A stretch of 64,000 bases of DNA from the human T2T-CHM13v2.0 reference genome, Homo sapiens, in assembly GCF_009914755.1 (NCBI RefSeq), contig NC_060939.1; one strand, 5' to 3'. The notes below the pieces were generated by a model. It made no database searches. It saw only the letters and a program-made list of their open reading frames with translations, and had not been told where the DNA came from. The position numbers and the translations under genes are program-made. The first letter of the stretch is position 1. Each line of letters opens with the position of its first letter. Positions 53,276-64,000 of the stretch are shown in pieces.

Positions 53276-53689
53276 TCACACATAAATATGATTGATAAGG
53301 ATACAAATATTTGGAGGTGCTGCCTGACCATCTGTTGCTGATTATGTGGAGATCACTTGTCTAGGACCCTGAGATAGACTGATGTTTCTAACTCTGCCAC
53401 ACACGGTCTCTCCCACCCTCCAGACACTTTCTTCCTTCAGTTCAGGGAACCCTCAATACACAGTAAGAATGAAGAGGTTGCAGGTCTGAGCTTGAGGAGG
53501 ACTGGACTAAAAGGAGTTTAGCCCTGCCAGGGCATTCCGAGGACTGTGAAGATCCGGAATATTGGCCACAGGCATCTATGTATTTGAATCATATCCATTT
53601 TTGAGCTCACTCCTAGCAGAGGAGTCAAAACTTACGTTCTGGCCCCCAGGTACATTTCCAGTCTCTTACTCATAAAATTGTGACATACC

Positions 53690-55735
<2,046 letters not shown>

Positions 55736-55899
55736 AAGGCGGCTGTCTGGGGAGTTAAGGTCTTGTGTCTCCAGTGCCCTCTCTCACCCCTAAGGTACTG
55801 GGTGGGCCTCTGGAGGTACATCTGCCTATACAAGGAATCTTTGATGTAGCAAAAAAAAAACACAAAACACAAAAAACCCTCACAGCATGCCCTGCCCTT

Positions 55900-56530
55900 G
55901 GGCTCTGGAAACCACCGTCCTGCCTGCCCCACTCCTGCTCTCAGCCCCCTCCTCAGGCCTAAGCCTCCCCAACCCTCCCCACCCCCCACCCCACTGCCCC
56001 ACCCGCAGTCCACCCCGCTGTCGCCTCCCAGCCCTGGCCCGGCCAGCCCTGGAGTAAATAAACCACCGGGCAAGGACCCAGACAATGGGCCTTGGCAAGG
56101 AGTTAATGGGCTGGGCCTCTCGCGTTAGCCGAGTGTGACCGGAGCTGGCAGGGGGCCTGGCCTGGCGCCAGCATCGATTACGACCAGACGGAGCCAGGGC
56201 AGACTTGGCACGAATGGGCCCCACAGCTGGCAGATTCAGTCACCCTGGCCACAAGGGCACGAGGCCTGCCCTGGGCGCCGGCTGCCACCGCGGCTGTGCT
56301 CCCTGCCACCGCCTTCACTGCCAGTGTGGCAGGGCCGCTTGTCAGGCACTCAGTCCCTAGGCCCTTTTGGTTCTCCCCAGGGGATTGTCCCTGGTCAGGC
56401 CTCTTCCTGTCCCAGGCTGCCTCTGAGGCTGCTCTGTGGCCCCACAGACTGGGTGCAGAGCGGGGGTGGGGTAGGGGGAGGCTGAGGGTTGGGCTGGGGG
56501 ATGCAGCTGTGACGCCCCTGCCCCCGGCAC
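55900..56530. promoter_or_regulatory. GC/CpG-enriched unique segment with G4-forming tracts, candidate enhancer
   Basis: Composition only. Confidence 0.4.
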
Positions 56531-57633
56531 TCCCACCACTCCAGGACAGAGGGAGGCTGCTGAGCCAGGCTGGTGTTGGTCAGCAGGAAGAACAGGTGAA
56601 GCAAGCCTCATTTCTGGTGTCCAGATGGAGGACAGGGTCTTTCTTCCCCTGTTTCTCAGAAACCTTTGTGGGCCTGGGCTCTGCTCTGGCTCGGCAGCTC
56701 CACCCTGCAGGGGGATTGGCCGGGTGGCAGGGACCACCTGAGGGCTCACTGCGTCCCTGCTAAGAAGTTGTTCGAGTCAGGGTTTGCAAGCGGGGCTTGC
56801 CTGGGGGAAAGGGCATTTCTTGCTTTTTGGGTTTACTGCTCCTCCCAGGCTCTCTGGGTCCCTCTCCCCTGGGCGATGGGCTGTGGCATAACGTCCTCAG
56901 GGCAAGGTAACGGCTCCATCTGGAGCTGATGGCTCCTCCAACGCTAAGGAGCTCCATGGACCCAGTCTTGCTGAGCAAAGGTTTCTTTGGCTTGACTGCT
57001 GGAAGACAAATCACACCACTGGGCAGTCTCCAAATTTTAGGGGATGGTCAGTATCTCTCTGAGAGAGATACTGAGAGGTCCAAAAAACCCCACAGAGGAG
57101 AGAAAACACCAGGCCACATACCCAGAGTGACAGCCCCTGCTCTCTGAGGTCACAGGTGGAGAGCAGGGGAGGTCAGGCCCTGAGGGCTGTGGCTGCTGGA
57201 GCCAGCTCCACCAGGCCTGATAATCCCTGCAGATGAAGCCGGCGCCCATCCCAGTAGGCAGTGGTAATCCCCACCCAACCCCACTTCCCCGGGGAGGAAG
57301 CTGACACAGGGGTGAGGGGGCACTGGAAACACGGGAGAGCAGAGGAATGGCAGCTGGGGCCCTTACCCCGGCACCAGCTTCTGCACCTGCCCTGAGTTTC
57401 CCTTGTCCCCCTCCAGAAGCTCTCAGATCTTTACTTTTTTGTGAGCTCTGTTCTCAGAGAAAGTTCTAATACATGTATAATACCAACTGGCTAACTGAGT
57501 GGGGTGGGTTGGGGCTTGGGGGGCTGGGGAAATGTGTGGCCCACCAAAGGACACTAACCCAACAACCCTGCGGAGTTGTGGTCTCCAAACTGAAAGAGGA
57601 CACAGTGTCAGGTGACAAACAAAACTGGCCTGG

Positions 57634-57955
<322 letters not shown>

Positions 57956-58414
57956 TGGCCTAGACTAGGGAAGTGAAATGTCCAAACATTTTGAACAGAT
58001 AAGAGGCATGGTAGGAGGGATGAATTTTTATAAAAGAAATATTGACATTTGGTGGCGAAATATAAATATATACAAATCTTTTCCTCTACAATACTTTTTT
58101 ATTGTCCTTGAAGGACCTACAAAAATCACTTAGGTCGTTTAGGCACATAAAATGTGCCATGCATAACTTGGCTCATAAAATTGTCACCTTTGTTATATGG
58201 TTCCAGAGATGTGAAGGTCTGTTTAAAAGTTAAAAACATGCTGTTAATGGAGACTCTATTTTTCCCCAATATTTTTTAAAACCAAAAGACTCCTCAAGGA
58301 GTCTGATTTTTTTTTCTCCCCTGGCCTTCATCTGGACTCTTCCTTTTGGTGGCCTTTAATGAAGTAGGTTGGAGACCCTTCATACTGGGTAACCTCACAC
58401 CTTGACCTGGGTAG

Positions 58415-59019
<605 letters not shown>

Positions 59020-59020
<1 letters not shown>

Positions 59021-59900
59021 GTTATACCCCCGCCTGAAGCCAACACTGACCTTCCCCAGCCCTCGGAGCTGTCCCCAGGCCTCACTAGTCTCATCTCTCC
59101 AGTAGGAGGCCTTTGCCCTTGTGTAAGTCTTGCTTCTTCTCGTCAGGAGTGCCTGACTGCGTGCCTCGCTTCGAGCCTCCCGTCCCCTCTAGCCAGCTCA
59201 ACAGCATCTCCTTATATTCCCCTTCGGCCCTGGGGACCACTGGGAACAAAACAAAACGCAACCCGTTCCCTTGTGGCTGTCGGGCGGGCGGGCGTTGAGC
59301 CCTGTTCCTCACTCCAGCTGGTGTACCCCTCCGGGAGCCACGCCTCGCGCGGAGCGGGAGCCTTCAAAGAGGCCGCGCCTTCCTGGCTGCTCCCTTCGCA
59401 TCCTGATCCAGTCCAATGATGTTTTTGCAATTTTCCTGTGAGCTTGGTGGGAAAAGCTCAAAGAGACTCTGTCTTCCTTTCTGGCTTCCTTTCCAGACGG
59501 CGCAGCTTTCTCTCAGCTGCTCCCCTGCCCCACCTCTCTCGAGGAAATCGGTCTCTTTCCTCTTCCCCTCACCCAAAAGGTCCATTCCTGAGGCTTATCC
59601 TGAAATCAAGCCGTAGCGGAGCGGTGGGGGATCCGAGGCACAAGGTGGGTCGGAAGTCGGCTAACCACCTGGCTTGGGGCCTCCCTACCAATGCCACCTG
59701 TGGAGGCAGACTGTTCGGAGGATCCCGGAGGGAGACAGGGATAAAGAGAGCTCCTGGGGCTGGAAGAACATTAGCACCTCTCATTAGGGCTCCCACAATA
59801 CCCCATCTGAAAGAAGGTGATGGGTTGTTCATAACCCGCTTCTCCTGGAAACACTTTCTAGTGGCCGGGGACAAACGGGAATGTGTCGCCTCTGTGGCCT
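59020..59900. promoter_or_regulatory. CpG-rich promoter-like segment
   Basis: GGGCGGGCGGGCG, CGCCTCGCGCGG, CGGAAGT and CCAAT in non-repeat sequence. Confidence 0.5.
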
Positions 59901-60168
59901 TTCTGTTGAAGCAGCTTAGCTGTCAACGCTATTCCCTGGGAAGAGCCTGGCATCCCAGGGGTCTCAGAACGGGCATCAGAGTTCAGAATGTATGACAATC
60001 ACTCCCAGCCAATACCATCACTCTCCCAAATCAGGAGTTTCCAGTTCTCCCAAGGCATCAACTGTACCCTGACACCCTAGTGCAGTGCTAGGGAAGTGCG
60101 CATGTCCCATTAACATCACTCCTCCATCCGCTCCTCCGCCCCTCTTTCCTTCTCTATTAAAAGGGATA

Positions 60169-60700
<532 letters not shown>

Positions 60701-60784
60701 CTCAAGCCTTCGCTTTCGCAATCAGCACTAAAGGCAGCCAGAAATCAACCGTGCGCCACCCCCGACCTGAGAAACAAGTCTAAA

Positions 60785-62170
60785 TGTGTCCGGAATTGGT
60801 GGGTTCTTAGTTTCACTGACTTCAAGAATGAAGCCGCGGACCCTCGCGGTGAGTGTTACAGCTCTTAAGGTGGCGCGTCTGAAGTCTGTCCCTTCTGATG
60901 TTCACACGTGTTCCGAGTTTTTTCCTTCTGGTGGGTTTGTGGTCTCGCTGGCTTAGGAGTGAAGCTGCAGACCTTCGCGGTGAGTGTTATAGCTCTTAAG
61001 GCAGCGCGTCTGGAGTTGTTTGTTCCTCCCGGTGGGCTCGTGGTCTCAGGAGTGAAGCTGCAGATCTTCGCGGTGAGTGTTATAGCTTATAGCTCATAGA
61101 CGCAGCGTGGACCCAAAGAGTGAGCAATAGCAAGATTTATTGCAAAGACCGAAAGAACACAGCTTCTATCAGCCTGGAAGGGGACCCGAGCGGGTTGCCA
61201 ATGCTGGCTTGGGCAGCCTGCTTTTATTCTCTTATCTGGCCCCACCCACATCCTGCTGATTGGTAGAGCCGAGTGGCCTGTTTCGTCAGGGCGCTGATTG
61301 GTGCGTTTACAATCCCTGAGCTAGATACAAAGGTTCTCCACGTCCCCATTAGATTAGTTAGGTACAGAGTTTCCACACACAGGTTCTCCAAGGCCCCACC
61401 AGAGCAGCTAGATACAGAGTGTCGATTGGTGCACTCACAAACCTTGAGCTAAACACAGGGTGCTGATTGGTGTGTTTACAATCCCTGAGCTAGATATAAA
61501 GACTCTCCACGTCCCCACCAGACTCAGGAGCCCAGCTGGTTTCACCTAGTGGATCCCGCAATGGGGCTGCAGGTGGAGCTGCCTACCAGTCCTGCGCCGT
61601 GCGCTCGCATTCCTCAGCCCTTGGGTGGTCGATGGGACTGGGCGCCGTGGAGAAGGGGGCGGCATTCGTCGGGGAGGCTCGGGCCGCACAGGAGCCTACG
61701 GAGGGGGTGGGAGGCTCAGGCATGGCGGGCTGCAGGTCCCGAGCCCTGCCCCGCGGGAAGGCAGCTAAGGCCCAGCGAGAAATCGAGCACAGCACCGGTG
61801 GGCCGGCACTGCTGGGGGACCGAGTACACCCTCCGCAGCCGCTGGCCTGGGTGCTAAGTCCCCCATTGCCCGGGGCCAGCAGGGCTGGCTGGCTGCTCCG
61901 AGTGCGGGGCCCACCAAGCCCACGCCCACCTGGAACTCCAGCTGGCCCACAAGGCCGCACGCAGCCCCGGTTCCCACTCGTGCCTCTCCCTCCACACCTC
62001 CCTGCAAGCTGAGGGAGTGGGCTCCGGCCTTGGCCAGCCCAGAAAGGGGCTCCCACAGTGCAGTGGGGGCTGAAGGGCTCCTCAAATGCCACCAAAGTGG
62101 GAGCCCAGGCAGGGGAGGTGCCGAGAGCAAGCGAGGGCTCTGAGGACTGCCAGCAGGCTGTCACCTCTGA
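60785..62170 (-). mobile_element. Full-length solo LTR12C (HERV9 LTR)
   Basis: Minus strand begins TCAGAGGTGACAGC..GGCAGTCCTCAGAGCCCTCGCTTGCTCTCGGCACC and ends AATTCCGGACACA; 4-bp TSD TAAA at 60781-60784 and 62171-62174. Confidence 0.93.
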
Positions 62171-63011
62171 TAAATAGGTAGGACCGTAAGCAAGCCAGAA
62201 GCCCAGGTGAACAGTGGGCCCGGAGCCAACAGGAACTCGCTCTGAAACTCCAAATCCCAAAAGAGTAGAGGGGCTGGTTTCCATAAAGGCCGCAAAGTAA
62301 ACCTTGTGGAGAAGACTCCAGTGGCTCTGGAGAAAGGGGGAAGCAACGTGGGGCAGCAGAAGGGCAGAGGACAAATGAGTCAGCAAAAATGACTTCCTAC
62401 CTCCCAAAGGGGAGGGGGTTGAGGACGGGAATTTCCAGTAAGAAAGACTGGCAAGATCCTGGGTAAAAGCTGAAAGGGAAAGAGGTACACGGGGCAGGAA
62501 AATAACACCATTGGAATGAAAATGGTTCCCCTGCAGTCTAGTGATAGGAGAAGGAGGGAATTGAGTGAGTTGGGGTATCTTAGCCATCTCGGCCAATCGC
62601 GTGGCACTACAGCACTGGGACTTTCTTGGCAGAATGAATACACAGGGGCTTAGAGGCATGTGCTGCTACTGAGGGGAGCACCAAGTGAGAAATGGAAAAG
62701 ACCAGGAGAGTGGTGAACGGCCTCACGCTCACTTGACTTCACTCATGCAGAAGGGCTGCGGGAGCAAGATGGAAGTCCTGACTGACGATCCACACTCTGG
62801 GTCTTCAGGGAAGTGTCAGCCTCAGAGCTGCGGTCAGTGCGTGGAGCCGGCTACCTGTTGGGGAAGAAGAACTTAAGGTAGCTCCTTACCTCACACGTGC
62901 TAGTTAGGCTAAATAATTATTATTTTTGAAAGGAAGCAATTTAAAAAGAAAGAAACGAGAAGAATGTATAGGTAAAGACTTGAAAAAAAAAAAAAATATA
63001 TATATATATAG

Positions 63012-63171
63012 TCAAGACAGGGTCTTGCCATGCTGCCCAGACCAGAGTGCAGTGGCTATTCACAGGCATGATCATGGTGTGCTACAGCCTTAAACTCCTG
63101 GGCTCAGGTGATCCTCCTGACTAAGCTTCTCAAGTAGCTGGGACCACAAGTGCATTCCACTGCGTCCAGCC
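63012..63171 (-). mobile_element. Alu monomer preceded by an A/(TA)n run
   Basis: Reverse Alu-like sequence. Confidence 0.7.
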
Positions 63172-63467
63172 TTCTTGAACATTTTTATATGAAAAGTTAT
63201 ATAAGCATAAATGCAACAGAAGTCACAAAGGAAGGCTTGATTTGGCTGCATTGAAAAAAATTTGTGACTCGAAGTGAAATTGTAAGACAAATAGCAGTTT
63301 ATAAAGAATTCTCGTAGACAATAAAATACTAATTCCAAAAGTTAAAAACAGCCAAATACTAAGGAAGAGACAACTCGCAGAAGAAACAATGGCAATTAAG
63401 TATTTAAATATTTCTTACTAATTTAGAAAATAAGAAAGTGAAAGTTAAACAATGAAATGTCTCATTC

Positions 63468-64000
<533 letters not shown>

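Noticed and set aside
60820-61560. Repeated 40-70 bp units superficially like a spacer-repeat array
   Set aside because: Normal internal tandem repeats of LTR12; not CRISPR, and the context is eukaryotic
61583-62659. 358-aa minus-strand ORF
   Set aside because: More than half lies in the GC-rich, stop-poor U3 region of LTR12C; no recognisable domain

Overview
Human (or near-identical great-ape) genomic DNA. I recognise it from its coding exons as the chr15q15.1 EIF2AK4-SRP14 locus. Positions 1-20.9 kb hold the last 12 coding exons of EIF2AK4/GCN2 (+ strand). They splice with GT-AG boundaries into 396 codons plus stop, ending ...YRDDYYRILF*, followed by an Alu-containing 3'UTR. SRP14 (- strand, 5 coding exons, 136 aa, 21670-24386) lies tail-to-tail about 0.2 kb away. 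Its CpG-island promoter (ETS, GC and CCAAT boxes) is bidirectional and should drive the divergent lncRNA SRP14-DT over roughly 24.6-52.5 kb. The rest is non-coding and repeat-rich: Alu, L1/L2/MIR, THE1, MLT1, nested MER21, hAT elements, an intact solo LTR12C and a 2.1-kb GT-rich array that is a hidden ~1-kb tandem dimer. I see no novel protein-coding system; the long ORFs in the track are repeat artefacts. The most interesting observations concern SRP14 splicing: exon 4 regenerates the upstream 5' splice site, intron 3 holds a candidate 47-nt cryptic exon with a U32 tract, and intron 1 is in frame and stop-free. Also notable are the GT-array structure, a fold-back/templated-insertion breakpoint scar and a sense Alu in the GCN2 3'UTR beside the gene for the Alu-binding protein. 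Repeat family names and exon numbers are from memory, not database searches.
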